The translations under genes were made by a program, and so were the position numbers. From the sequence record PQ471516.1: a DNA stretch of 64,000 nt; one strand, given 5' to 3'. Numbering within the stretch: position 1 is the stretch's first letter; every line of letters starts with the position of its first letter. Of the stretch, positions 33,923-42,909 are shown piece after piece. The notes below the pieces were generated by a model. That model was not told the origin of the DNA. It did not search any database and saw only the letters and a list, made by a program, of their open reading frames with translations.

Positions 33923-34990
33923 ATGCAAACTCTAGCTGAAATTCGTGCAAAACTAAAAGCGGAACAAGAAAAAGCAGAAGCTCAAAAGAATGGTACTTTT
34001 ACAGGTGAACGTAAAGCCGATTCTTTCCTAGCTTTCTGGAACGTTCCTTATAACGAACCACTAAACCTACGTTTTCTTCCAGATGCAGATGAAAGCAACC
34101 CTTTCTTCTGGCGTGAACGTGATATGATTAACCTGACTTTCCAAGGTGTAGTAGGTCTTCACACTGATAAAGTTACCGTACAAGTACCTTGTAACGAAAT
34201 GTGGGTTCCTAAATCATGTCCAGTACTGAAAGAAGTTCGTCAATGGTTCCAAAGTGCGAATGAATCTGGTGATGAAGAACTGAAAGCTATGGCTGGTCGT
34301 TACTGGAAAAAGAAAACCTATCTAATGCAATGTTTCATCGCTCCTGATAGTGTTGCAGTAAAAGATGACATGGCTCCAGAAAACCCAATTCGTCGTATTC
34401 TAGCTAACAAAGATATTTTCGATAAAGTAAAATCTATTCTACTGAATCCTGGTATCAAAGAACTACCAACTCACTACACTCATGGTCGTGACTTCGGTAT
34501 CGTTAAGACTAAGAACGGCGGCGGTTACAACAGCTACGATATGTCTCAATTCTCCATGTCCGAGCGTGAACTAAACGCTGACGAAATGGCAGCTATTGAA
34601 AAATATGGTCTATACAATCTAAATGATTTTATGCCTAAACAACCAACTCCAGAAGAACTAACAGCAATCGCTGAAATGTTCGAAGCTTCTGTAAATGGTG
34701 AAGCATATGATCCAGCACGTTGGGCTTTCGCATACCGTCCAGCAGGTGTTCAAAAACCTGTAACTGGTGGTTCTGCTCCAGCAGCACAACCTGCTCCACA
34801 AACTCCAGCAACACCACAACCTGCTCCACAGGCAGCGGTACAGGAATCTTCTCCTGTTACTCCAACTGCTCCTGTTACCCCAGCAGCACAACCTGCTCCA
34901 ACTGCTCCAGCATCAACTGGTACTGAAGCACCAAAAGAACAACTATCTGCATCTGCTCTAGTTGCTCGTTTGAAGCAACAAAGCAAGTAA
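33923..34990 (+). CDS. 32: Single-stranded DNA-binding protein gp32
   Basis: LRFLPD.....PF, CPV, YWKK..Y, GRDF.I.K...GG.NSYD.S.F; Pro/Ala/Gln/Thr linker. Confidence 0.9.
   Translation: MQTLAEIRAKLKAEQEKAEAQKNGTFTGERKADSFLAFWNVPYNEPLNLRFLPDADESNPFFWRERDMINLTFQGVVGLHTDKVTVQVPCNEMWVPKSCPVLKEVRQWFQSANESGDEELKAMAGRYWKKKTYLMQCFIAPDSVAVKDDMAPENPIRRILANKDIFDKVKSILLNPGIKELPTHYTHGRDFGIVKTKNGGGYNSYDMSQFSMSERELNADEMAAIEKYGLYNLNDFMPKQPTPEELTAIAEMFEASVNGEAYDPARWAFAYRPAGVQKPVTGGSAPAAQPAPQTPATPQPAPQAAVQESSPVTPTAPVTPAAQPAPTAPASTGTEAPKEQLSASALVARLKQQSK
34778..34912 (+). repeat. Coding direct repeats (cagcacaacctgctcca) building the gp32 PAAQPAP linker
   Basis: Three near-identical QPAP-encoding units. Confidence 0.7.
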
Positions 34991-35015
34991 TAATTTAGAT
35001 ACAAAAAAAGATATA

Positions 35016-35042
35016 GGGGCAACGGAGTTGCCCCATTTTATT
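35016..35042 (+). terminator. Intrinsic terminator
   Basis: ggggcaac-gga-gttgcccc then atttta. Confidence 0.7.
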
Positions 35043-35065
35043 TCATAAAATTCAAGGAGTGAATT

Positions 35066-36178
35066 ATGAAAATGACAAGTGGTTTTGCAAACATTCTAAA
35101 AAATAGTACTGGCAGCGTTAAGAAAAATACTGGTGTTAGCGTAGGTTTTCATGATCCTGATACTTGGATTAGTACTGGTAACTTTGCTTTGAACTACCGT
35201 ATTAGTGGTTACTTTGACCGTGGTATTCCACTTGGTAAAGTAACAATGTTTGCTGGTGAATCCGGTTCTGGTAAATCCTTTATCGTGTCTGGTAACATTG
35301 CACGTGAAGCACAACAGCAAGGAATCTTTGTTGTGATGATTGACTCCGAGAACGCATTGGATTCGGATTGGTTGCAAGCTCTAGGTGTGGATACATCTGA
35401 AGAGAAACTACTTAAAGTTAACATGGGTATGATTGGTGATGTAGCTAAATTTACTTATGAGTTCATCGAAGGTTATCGTAAAGAATACGAAAACACCCCG
35501 AAAGAAGAACGTCAGAAAGTACTATTCATCATTGACTCAATTGGTATGCTTAATACTGAAGTTGCTAATGACCAGATGAAAGCTGGTAACTTAAAAGGTG
35601 ACATGGGTCATAAACCTAAGCAACTTAAAGCGTACATTACTAACTGTGTAAACTCCATTGGTTCTTTGAACATTGGTATGGTTTGTGTAAACCACAGTTA
35701 TGAATCTCAAGACATGTTCAACCCTGATCCTAAAGTATCTGGTGGTAGCGGTCTGATTTATGCATCATCTATGGTGATTGCAATGGGTAAACTAAAACTT
35801 AAAGAAGATGAAGATGGTAATAAAACATCTGATGTAAGTGGTATCCGTTCAAAATGTAAAGTGATGAAAACTCGTTACAACAAACCATTTGAAGATGTAG
35901 AGATTAAAATTCCTTGGGATAAAGGTATGGACCCACGCAGTGGCCTACTTGATATGTTCGAGAAATATGAACTAATCACTAAATCTGGTAACCGTCTAAT
36001 GTATGTTGACATTGACACTGGTGAACAAATTCTGAAATATCGTAAAGAATGGATGCGTAATGAAGATTCTTGCTTAGACTTAGTAATGAATCAATTCAAA
36101 CGTCACCCAATGATTGAAGATGTTAAAGAAGAAGAGAAAGGTGATGAATCATTTGGTACTGACATTAGTGAGGAATAA
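35066..36178 (+). CDS. uvsX: RecA-like recombinase UvsX
   Basis: ISTGNFALN..ISG, Walker A GESGSGKS, IDSENALD, IIDSIG, GGSGLIYASS. Confidence 0.95.
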   Translation: MKMTSGFANILKNSTGSVKKNTGVSVGFHDPDTWISTGNFALNYRISGYFDRGIPLGKVTMFAGESGSGKSFIVSGNIAREAQQQGIFVVMIDSENALDSDWLQALGVDTSEEKLLKVNMGMIGDVAKFTYEFIEGYRKEYENTPKEERQKVLFIIDSIGMLNTEVANDQMKAGNLKGDMGHKPKQLKAYITNCVNSIGSLNIGMVCVNHSYESQDMFNPDPKVSGGSGLIYASSMVIAMGKLKLKEDEDGNKTSDVSGIRSKCKVMKTRYNKPFEDVEIKIPWDKGMDPRSGLLDMFEKYELITKSGNRLMYVDIDTGEQILKYRKEWMRNEDSCLDLVMNQFKRHPMIEDVKEEEKGDESFGTDISEE

Positions 36179-36639
36179 TGAAACCTTGGCATTGGATTAT
36201 CAAAGATGACAAATCTAAACTTCTTGAAATGATTGAATTTTTCGATAAAGAAATCGAAGAAGCACGTAAAGAAGTTAAAAAGATAGGTATCATTGAAAAG
36301 ATTGCTCAAGAGATTCCAGGCTGGCATGAGACACGTCTTAGCCAGCTTCAAGAACTCGAAGCAGTACTTGAGATGTTAGAAATAGAAATGCGTCAGCTTC
36401 AAGGTGAGAAGTTCCAGTACTACCTAGAAGCGTACCGTCGTGCGTTATCATCGTCTGACTGTAAAAAGTATGTAGAAGGTGATAAAGAGGTATGTGAATT
36501 ATATGAACTTATTAATGAAGTATCATATATTCGAAATACATTTACAAGCATTGTTAAATCCTTAGAGATGAAAGCTTTTCAGTTAAACAATATTGTAAGA
36601 CTACGTGCTGCTGGTATTGAAGATGCTCGTTTAGAATAA
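36178..36639 (+). CDS. uvsY: Recombination mediator UvsY
   Basis: 153 aa helical, YVEGD, K.FQLNNIV.LR.AG; follows uvsX. Confidence 0.8.
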   Translation: MKPWHWIIKDDKSKLLEMIEFFDKEIEEARKEVKKIGIIEKIAQEIPGWHETRLSQLQELEAVLEMLEIEMRQLQGEKFQYYLEAYRRALSSSDCKKYVEGDKEVCELYELINEVSYIRNTFTSIVKSLEMKAFQLNNIVRLRAAGIEDARLE

Positions 36640-36648
36640 ACTAATAAT

Positions 36649-36675
36649 AAGGACGCACTTCGCGTCCTTTTTCTA
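36649..36675 (+). terminator. Intrinsic terminator
   Basis: aaggacgc-actt-cgcgtcctt-tttt. Confidence 0.75.
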
Positions 36676-36686
36676 TGTAGGTACAT

Positions 36687-37505
36687 ATGTCAAATAAATT
36701 AGATTTCGTTAAAAAGATTTCAGTACTTGATACTGAAACCACTGGTGTTGAAAGTGATGATGATATTATTGAATTTAGTATTTCATTTCCATGTAAAGTA
36801 ACAGAAGATATTGATGGAATTGATAACTACACTTTACGTTATAAACCATTAAAAGATATTCCACCTGAAGCATCGGCAGTGCACTTTATCAGTACTGAAG
36901 ACGTAGCAAACTGCCTGAACTACAGCGATGATTTGGAGAATATTGATGCTCTAATGGGTTGTCGTGATTATTTCGTTGGTCATAATGTTCAGTTTGACCG
37001 TCGAATGATGGTAGATAACGAATATAAATATCGTAACTCTGTATCACAGTATCTATTGGATGAAGAACGTTGGATTTGTACTCTGCGTTTTGCCAAGAAG
37101 ATGTTTGCAGAAGATGTTGAATTCAAGAACTTGACACTGAGTTATTTGTGGTATAAATTTGGATGTTACCGTGAAGTGCATCGTCATGTAAATGCTCACG
37201 CAGCAAAAGATGATGTGTTTATGTGTTATCAAGTACTAATGAAGTTGATTGATATTGCCATTGAGCGTGGACACATTGACGAGTCCGGTGATATTGGAGC
37301 ACAAATCGTAGACTTCTGTAACAAACCTATGCTTTATTCTTGTATGCCATTTGGTAAACACAAAGGTATGAAGATGAGTGAAGTACCACTTAACTACATT
37401 GAGTGGATGATTACGAATAGTGATATTCTAGATACAAGTAATCCAAACTGTGATAAAGATTTAGTATATACATTTGAGTACGAGTATAGTAGTCGTACTA
37501 ACTAA
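36687..37505 (+). CDS. DEDDh 3'-5' exonuclease (ExoX/DnaQ-like)
   Basis: VLDTETTG, GHNVQFD, AHAAKDD, C-terminal MPFGKHKG...Y..W. Confidence 0.9.
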   Translation: MSNKLDFVKKISVLDTETTGVESDDDIIEFSISFPCKVTEDIDGIDNYTLRYKPLKDIPPEASAVHFISTEDVANCLNYSDDLENIDALMGCRDYFVGHNVQFDRRMMVDNEYKYRNSVSQYLLDEERWICTLRFAKKMFAEDVEFKNLTLSYLWYKFGCYREVHRHVNAHAAKDDVFMCYQVLMKLIDIAIERGHIDESGDIGAQIVDFCNKPMLYSCMPFGKHKGMKMSEVPLNYIEWMITNSDILDTSNPNCDKDLVYTFEYEYSSRTN

Positions 37506-37522
37506 GAAAAAGGTATTCATGG

Positions 37523-39007
37523 ATGAAAACTTGTAAACTAACCTTACTGGACGAGGTTAACTGTAAATTTGAGGGTCTTGAACCCTCTATTCGTCAAAAG
37601 ATGATTCGTGCAACTGAATATGTTTTACCATATGCAAAGTTCACACCAGCAGGCCGTATTGGTCGTTGGGATGGTAAAGTTCAGTTCATGAACCTTGGTG
37701 GTTCAACTTATTATCATATGTTGGATAAGTTGCTTCCTATTCTTGATGAAGCGAAAATTGATATTGAATTAGAAGATCACCGAGTAAACTATGGTTTCGA
37801 TTTCGAACCTATTGATGAGAATATCTTTGCTGATGTAGTCTTTGGTGTAGGTCACCACATGGAAGGTAAATCAATTAAACTCCGTGAGCACCAGGTAGAA
37901 GCTGTAAACGCGTGTCTGGCTAATCAACATGGCTTACTATTGGCAGCAACAGGTGCAGGTAAAACACTCATCACCGCAGCATTATCCAAGAAGGTAGAGC
38001 AGTATGGTCGATCTGTTATCATCGTTCCTAGTACTGATTTGGTTCAACAAACGTATGATGACTATGTGATGTGTGGTTTAGACACTGGTATGTTCTATGG
38101 TGCACAGAAAGACTTTGGTCATCAGCATACAATCACCACATGGCAATCCTTCAACTCTTTGTGGAAGAAAACAAAGAAAGGTGAAATTGAACTAACTGAA
38201 CAAGACGTTCATGACTTTATTGACGGTGTTGTTTGTGTTATAGTGGATGAGTGTCAAGGTGCTGGTGGTGATGCACTTGTTCAAGTACTATCTAAAGTAA
38301 TGAACAACGTCCCGCTACGTTGGGGATTGACTGGTACTATTCCTAAAGACAAAGTGGTAGCGGCAAAGATTCGTTGTAACATTGGTGACGTGATATTCAA
38401 AATCACCGCTAAAGAATTACAAGATAAACAAATTCTAAGTACATGTAACGTGAACTGTATTAAACTTAAAAGTAATATGAAATTTGCATCATATGCTGAA
38501 GAGTTGAAGTACTTGGTTACTGACCGTGACCGAATGGCTTACATAGCGTCATTGATTGGTGCGTTGTCTGAATCGGGAAATACATTAGTACTGGTGGACC
38601 GTCTGGAAGCAGGAGAACTTCTATGTGAGTATCTTGGTATTCCTAAGTCCGAATTTGTTCGTGGTGAAACTAAGAAGAAAGACCGTGAATCATCTTATGG
38701 TGAGATTCGTTGGGCTGATAACAAAATCTTGATTGCAACCTACGGTGTTGCGAGTACTGGTATCAGTATTTCACGCTTATACAATGTTGTTCTTCTTGAG
38801 CCAGGTAAAAGCTTTGTACGTACCATTCAGTCCATTGGTCGTGGATTGCGTCGTGCAGAAGACAAAGACCACGTTGAAATCTATGATATCAGTGGTTCAA
38901 ACAAATACAGTGCAAAACACTTACGTGAGCGTATTGCATTCTATAAAGAAGCACAGTATCCACACAGTATCATTGATGTAAAAGATTGGGAAAACACAGC
39001 GGGATAA
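37523..39007 (+). CDS. uvsW: SF2 helicase UvsW
   Basis: LREHQ, ATGAGKT, VDEC, GLTGT, QSIGRGLR. Confidence 0.93.
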   Translation: MKTCKLTLLDEVNCKFEGLEPSIRQKMIRATEYVLPYAKFTPAGRIGRWDGKVQFMNLGGSTYYHMLDKLLPILDEAKIDIELEDHRVNYGFDFEPIDENIFADVVFGVGHHMEGKSIKLREHQVEAVNACLANQHGLLLAATGAGKTLITAALSKKVEQYGRSVIIVPSTDLVQQTYDDYVMCGLDTGMFYGAQKDFGHQHTITTWQSFNSLWKKTKKGEIELTEQDVHDFIDGVVCVIVDECQGAGGDALVQVLSKVMNNVPLRWGLTGTIPKDKVVAAKIRCNIGDVIFKITAKELQDKQILSTCNVNCIKLKSNMKFASYAEELKYLVTDRDRMAYIASLIGALSESGNTLVLVDRLEAGELLCEYLGIPKSEFVRGETKKKDRESSYGEIRWADNKILIATYGVASTGISISRLYNVVLLEPGKSFVRTIQSIGRGLRRAEDKDHVEIYDISGSNKYSAKHLRERIAFYKEAQYPHSIIDVKDWENTAG

Positions 39008-39028
39008 CCCCGCTGTTCGTGATATAAT
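39000..39028 (+). promoter_or_regulatory. Promoter CGGGATA-N16-TATAAT for the uncharacterised operon
   Basis: Class member; -35 lies within hairpin acagcggg/cccgctgt. Confidence 0.6.
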
Positions 39029-39031
39029 GGG

Positions 39032-39520
39032 TTGTATGTGAATACAACGACGAAAATAATACAAGGAAGTATAATAAAAATGGAACTAAGATCTAGTATT
39101 GCATTTATCTGTGACCAAGAAACATTGGATATTATTGATGTGTTTTTGAATGATGATGGTATTATGGATGACATGGTATCTTCACTTGATTACATTGCCG
39201 AATTAGAAACTGATGATACTAATGTATGGCGTTGTAATATTGATAGTGATTCATGGATTAATATCTATGAACTTCAAACACGCATTGATGATAAGAAAAT
39301 AGATAAAAAACTAACATATGATATTATCTATGCAAGTACTGATTCTAAAACATTCATTGATGTGGTTAGTCTAAGTGGTAATTTTGATTCATATCTGGAC
39401 ACTGACGTTGATAAGATTCAAGAACTATGTGAAACCTACGGTCTTGAGTTCTATGGAACTAATGATGAAGATGATGATATTGATGACGAAGATTACAACA
39501 ACGAAGAATCATATTACTAA
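39032..39520 (+). CDS. Acidic hypothetical protein
   Basis: ORF track; ATG 39080 is an alternative start; D/E tail. Confidence 0.65.
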   Translation: MYVNTTTKIIQGSIIKMELRSSIAFICDQETLDIIDVFLNDDGIMDDMVSSLDYIAELETDDTNVWRCNIDSDSWINIYELQTRIDDKKIDKKLTYDIIYASTDSKTFIDVVSLSGNFDSYLDTDVDKIQELCETYGLEFYGTNDEDDDIDDEDYNNEESYY

Positions 39521-39532
39521 AGGTGAAAAACA

Positions 39533-40030
39533 ATGAATGTATTAACCCCTGAAAACATCACATTTGACATGGACTTGGTTACTGAACACATCCCTGAAGA
39601 GATGTATTGTGTTCTTGACTTAAGCCCAACTGGTGAATCCGATTTCTACTTCAGACATATTCTAAACACTGTATCCTTTAACAGTATTAGTGCTGACCTT
39701 CAAATTGGCGAAAAGATCATTCAAGTCCCACTTGGATGGCAAATTATGCTTGGTGATGAAGAGACTGGTATGGTTGAGATGTGCACTATCGAAAACATCT
39801 TGAATATGAAAGAACCAAAAGCTTTTGTTTACAATCCAATCCGTTCAATGTATCCTAAGTTTGAACCAGTAAAAGTACTGCGAGTATTCGCATTAACTAC
39901 TAAGTGGCAAATCCCAATGCTACCGAAGAAAAACTTATTGTGTGTTCCATTGGCAAATGGTGACAATCCACCATGTGTGTACTTTGCCGATGAGAATGAG
40001 AAAATCCAAGATCTGTACTTAGGAGTATAA
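39533..40030 (+). CDS. Hypothetical beta-rich protein
   Basis: AAGGTG RBS; native codon use. Confidence 0.7.
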   Translation: MNVLTPENITFDMDLVTEHIPEEMYCVLDLSPTGESDFYFRHILNTVSFNSISADLQIGEKIIQVPLGWQIMLGDEETGMVEMCTIENILNMKEPKAFVYNPIRSMYPKFEPVKVLRVFALTTKWQIPMLPKKNLLCVPLANGDNPPCVYFADENEKIQDLYLGV

Positions 40031-40032
40031 TA

Positions 40033-40878
40033 GTGTTTGATTTCAGTAATGTTAAAAATAAATCAGTTGAAGAAGAAAGTAAACCAACACAACATTCTTT
40101 TGGTATTACTGATATTCTTCAACAGATTGACCGAGCCAACTACAACTATTACAATGAAATGACTGAGAAAGAGCGTAAAGACTTTACGCCTTATACTGTT
40201 CTACGCTGGGTAAGTTCCTTAGATGATTCTCTACAGGTAACTTATCCAAGTTCTAAAGTGGAAAGTGTATTTGGTAAATGGAAAAATGGTGGCAAAGAAG
40301 CACTATCTGAACTCGTTGAAGAGATGAAGAAATCTGGTATCAATGTATCATCAGTTACAAAGTACTGTCATGGTGATTACGATTGGCGTATCAAATTCGC
40401 AGTTCAAGGTCAAGGTGATGCTGCAACTCTAATCAGCAACATGACTGAATTTAACATTACTGGATCACAAATCATTTCCTTAGTGGACAGTGATGTGGTA
40501 AAATACCAACTAATCATGCTGAATGATATGGTGAACGATGGGTTTTGGGATATGAAAGACCACCCTGAGCTTGTATACCAATTGATGTGTTCAGTGCATG
40601 ATATGCTTGGTGGTAAAGAACTACAAAGAAACTGGTTGAACTTCTCTAAGAGTTTCAAACATTCTAATAACGAATTGTTTGCTTTACTAAAGAGTACTCA
40701 ACCAGATAGCATTTCAGCACAAATGAATGAAGACGAATACAAGATTGTTCTCATGCAGTATGATAAGAAATCTTTTGAGGTATTACTAAACAGTATGGGA
40801 TACCAAGACAAAGATGCTAAATCCATGATGAAACTATTCAAAGAAGAATGTAAAAAATATGGCAAAGAAATCAAGTAG
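40033..40878 (+). CDS. Hypothetical protein, possibly clamp-loader small subunit (gp62-like)
   Basis: Y......ERK.F.PY..LRW helical pattern; identity is a weak inference; GTG start after AGGAG. Confidence 0.35.
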   Translation: MFDFSNVKNKSVEEESKPTQHSFGITDILQQIDRANYNYYNEMTEKERKDFTPYTVLRWVSSLDDSLQVTYPSSKVESVFGKWKNGGKEALSELVEEMKKSGINVSSVTKYCHGDYDWRIKFAVQGQGDAATLISNMTEFNITGSQIISLVDSDVVKYQLIMLNDMVNDGFWDMKDHPELVYQLMCSVHDMLGGKELQRNWLNFSKSFKHSNNELFALLKSTQPDSISAQMNEDEYKIVLMQYDKKSFEVLLNSMGYQDKDAKSMMKLFKEECKKYGKEIK

Positions 40879-41569
40879 TCCGGTTTTTCAATGCAAATTT
40901 TGTGATCGTGAATTCAAACGTGAAGATACCGTAAACACTCATAAATGTGTTAAGCGTGATCGTTACGACGACAGAGAGAGCCGCCCGATGAGGGAGGCTT
41001 TTCGTCTTTATATGCAATTCATGGAAATCAATAAGTTTCCTTTCAAGAAAGGAGTAGAACCTTTTATTGGTTTTATTAAGTCAAAGTACTTTAATGATTT
41101 CTATGACTTCGCAACATACTATTTAAATAATCGTGATATTTTACGTATTGACGAATTCACCGAACATTTAATGCGTACTGGTACTCCAATTACAATGTGG
41201 AGTACATACAAAGAGAAAGACAGTTGGGTACTGAGTTGCATCCGTTCAGAACTACCAAGAGATGGTGTAGTTCGAAGCATCAACGCATTAGTTGAGTGGG
41301 GAGAAACAGTACACAAAGAATGGAATACTTTCTTCCAGAACGTGAGTTCAGCCCGTGCAATCTCGTGGATTGAGAGTGGTAAGATCTCACCTTGGATTCT
41401 ATGGTTATCACCAAGAGAAAGTGTTAACAATTTCATGTCAAACTTCTCACATTCAGAATTAGAATATATACTTAAATACATTGACTATAGTTACTTTGAG
41501 ATTAAAACAATCAAGTACCGTAGTGATTGTGATAATATACGAGCTATGCTCAAGGAAGCAGGATTATGA
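40859..41569 (+). CDS. Protein with N-terminal C2H2/C2HC-type zinc finger
   Basis: FQCKFCDREFKREDTVNTHKC. Confidence 0.7.
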   Translation: MAKKSSSPVFQCKFCDREFKREDTVNTHKCVKRDRYDDRESRPMREAFRLYMQFMEINKFPFKKGVEPFIGFIKSKYFNDFYDFATYYLNNRDILRIDEFTEHLMRTGTPITMWSTYKEKDSWVLSCIRSELPRDGVVRSINALVEWGETVHKEWNTFFQNVSSARAISWIESGKISPWILWLSPRESVNNFMSNFSHSELEYILKYIDYSYFEIKTIKYRSDCDNIRAMLKEAGL

Positions 41570-41895
41570 ATAATAAAAGTATATACAATAAAGTACCTGA
41601 AGGGTATGTACCAACCCCAAAGGTTGACAAGAGTAGAGAGATTAGTTTGTTAAGGCAGGGTTCGATTACTGAGATTACACTTGATGGGTCAACCTTTCAA
41701 GTATCTGATCCAGTACGAATTGAAAAGATAATTAAACTTGTTGAAAGACACGATGAGCGATTGTATAATATGAATCAGGAATTATTACAATACAAGCGTG
41801 CGTGTGCACAGTTGGAACAGAAAGTCAACAAACTTTCCGTAACTGTGAATAAATTACAGGAGCAGATTAAGAATGCAGGACTCGACAGGTTCTAA
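41566..41895 (+). CDS. Small coiled-coil protein
   Basis: Heptads in the C-terminal half; coupled at both ends. Confidence 0.65.
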   Translation: MNNKSIYNKVPEGYVPTPKVDKSREISLLRQGSITEITLDGSTFQVSDPVRIEKIIKLVERHDERLYNMNQELLQYKRACAQLEQKVNKLSVTVNKLQEQIKNAGLDRF

Positions 41896-42511
41896 TCATT
41901 ACAGAAAAGCAAGAACTGATATTGACATTGACTTCAAAGATAGTAAGTCAGTGATTGCCATGTTACCTTGCATTAGAAGTACTGAAAAAATTACCGAAGA
42001 TGGATTGATTGCACACAATAGTGGTGTTCATTTTGATAACATCCCAGTTGACCCAATCTCCGGTCTAGCAAGCATTCAATACAAAGAAGCCGAAAGATTG
42101 GGATACCAAAAGGTTGATATCCTGTCACAATCGGCTTATATGTACGTGCGTGACAGAAAACATCTAAAGGAACTTATGAATCGTGAACCAGACTGGAGTC
42201 ACTTATTAGTACCGGAAATTGTTGACAATCTATCACAAATTAAAAAACACATAACGTTACTTAACGTTTGGAAACCGCAAACTATCGACCAACTAGCTAT
42301 GTTTATCGCTATGATTCGACCAGGTAAACGCGAATGCCAAAGTATGAACACATGGTCTGAAGTTGAGGCGGTTATTTGGGATTACAGCACTATCGGTACA
42401 GATCAGAGTGGAAACAAGCTACGCTACTTCAAAAAGCCACATGCTTATGCATATAGCTTAATGATTGTCGTGCAACTTAATGCACTGGTTGAACATCTTA
42501 CTTCTTCTTAA
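41873..42511 (+). CDS. Minimal DnaE-like (family C polymerase) catalytic core
   Basis: TDIDIDF, HNSGV, KVDILS, AMIRPG, FKKPHAYAY match DnaE PDFDVDF, HAGGV, KFDFLG, ALFRPG, FNKSHSAAY. Confidence 0.85.
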   Translation: MQDSTGSNHYRKARTDIDIDFKDSKSVIAMLPCIRSTEKITEDGLIAHNSGVHFDNIPVDPISGLASIQYKEAERLGYQKVDILSQSAYMYVRDRKHLKELMNREPDWSHLLVPEIVDNLSQIKKHITLLNVWKPQTIDQLAMFIAMIRPGKRECQSMNTWSEVEAVIWDYSTIGTDQSGNKLRYFKKPHAYAYSLMIVVQLNALVEHLTSS

Positions 42512-42851
42512 GTGCCACGTTGCGACGCTTAATACGCTTCTGTGGCAAATCACTTAAAGACACAGATGGGCCACATACGAAATTCACCGCTGGGGTATCG
42601 AATCTCTGTGTGTAAGGCTCAAATTTTTCCATTTCTTCTTGGAAAAATAAACATACTGGAATGTTTCTGTTGCTTTGCCACCACCAGTCATGTGCTATGC
42701 TAAGTAATTCGTCTTGCATTGGCTCATTCATGTCATCAAAGGAGTAAAGAGTAGTATACTGTTTACTTTTAATTTTGATAATACCAATGTAAGTTTTGCC
42801 ATCACACTGCACAACAGTAATGAATGGTGGAATAGTATTATATTGATTCAT
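42498..42851 (-). CDS. Hypothetical protein
   Basis: ORF track 42498-42911; ATG 42851 is the more likely start. Confidence 0.65.
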   Translation of the reverse strand: MNQYNTIPPFITVVQCDGKTYIGIIKIKSKQYTTLYSFDDMNEPMQDELLSIAHDWWWQSNRNIPVCLFFQEEMEKFEPYTQRFDTPAVNFVCGPSVSLSDLPQKRIKRRNVALKKK

Positions 42852-42909
42852 ATGAGTTCCATAAATATTAGTATAAATGTTATACCTATTATTTATGGAA
42901 GGAAAAATC

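Noticed and set aside
34635-35022. Cluster of overlapping alternate-frame and antisense ORFs over the gp32 linker
   Set aside because: By-product of the low-complexity P/A/Q/T repeat, which lacks stops in other frames.
35016-35040. GGGGC...GCCCC hairpin as a tRNA fragment
   Set aside because: Single stem with no cloverleaf; its position after gp32 and a sister hairpin at 25436 indicate a terminator.
39533-40030. Possible Hint/intein-like fold in the 165-aa protein
   Set aside because: Only a vague beta-strand rhythm; no N-terminal Cys/Ser, no block B TxxH and no terminal HN. Not supportable without a profile search.
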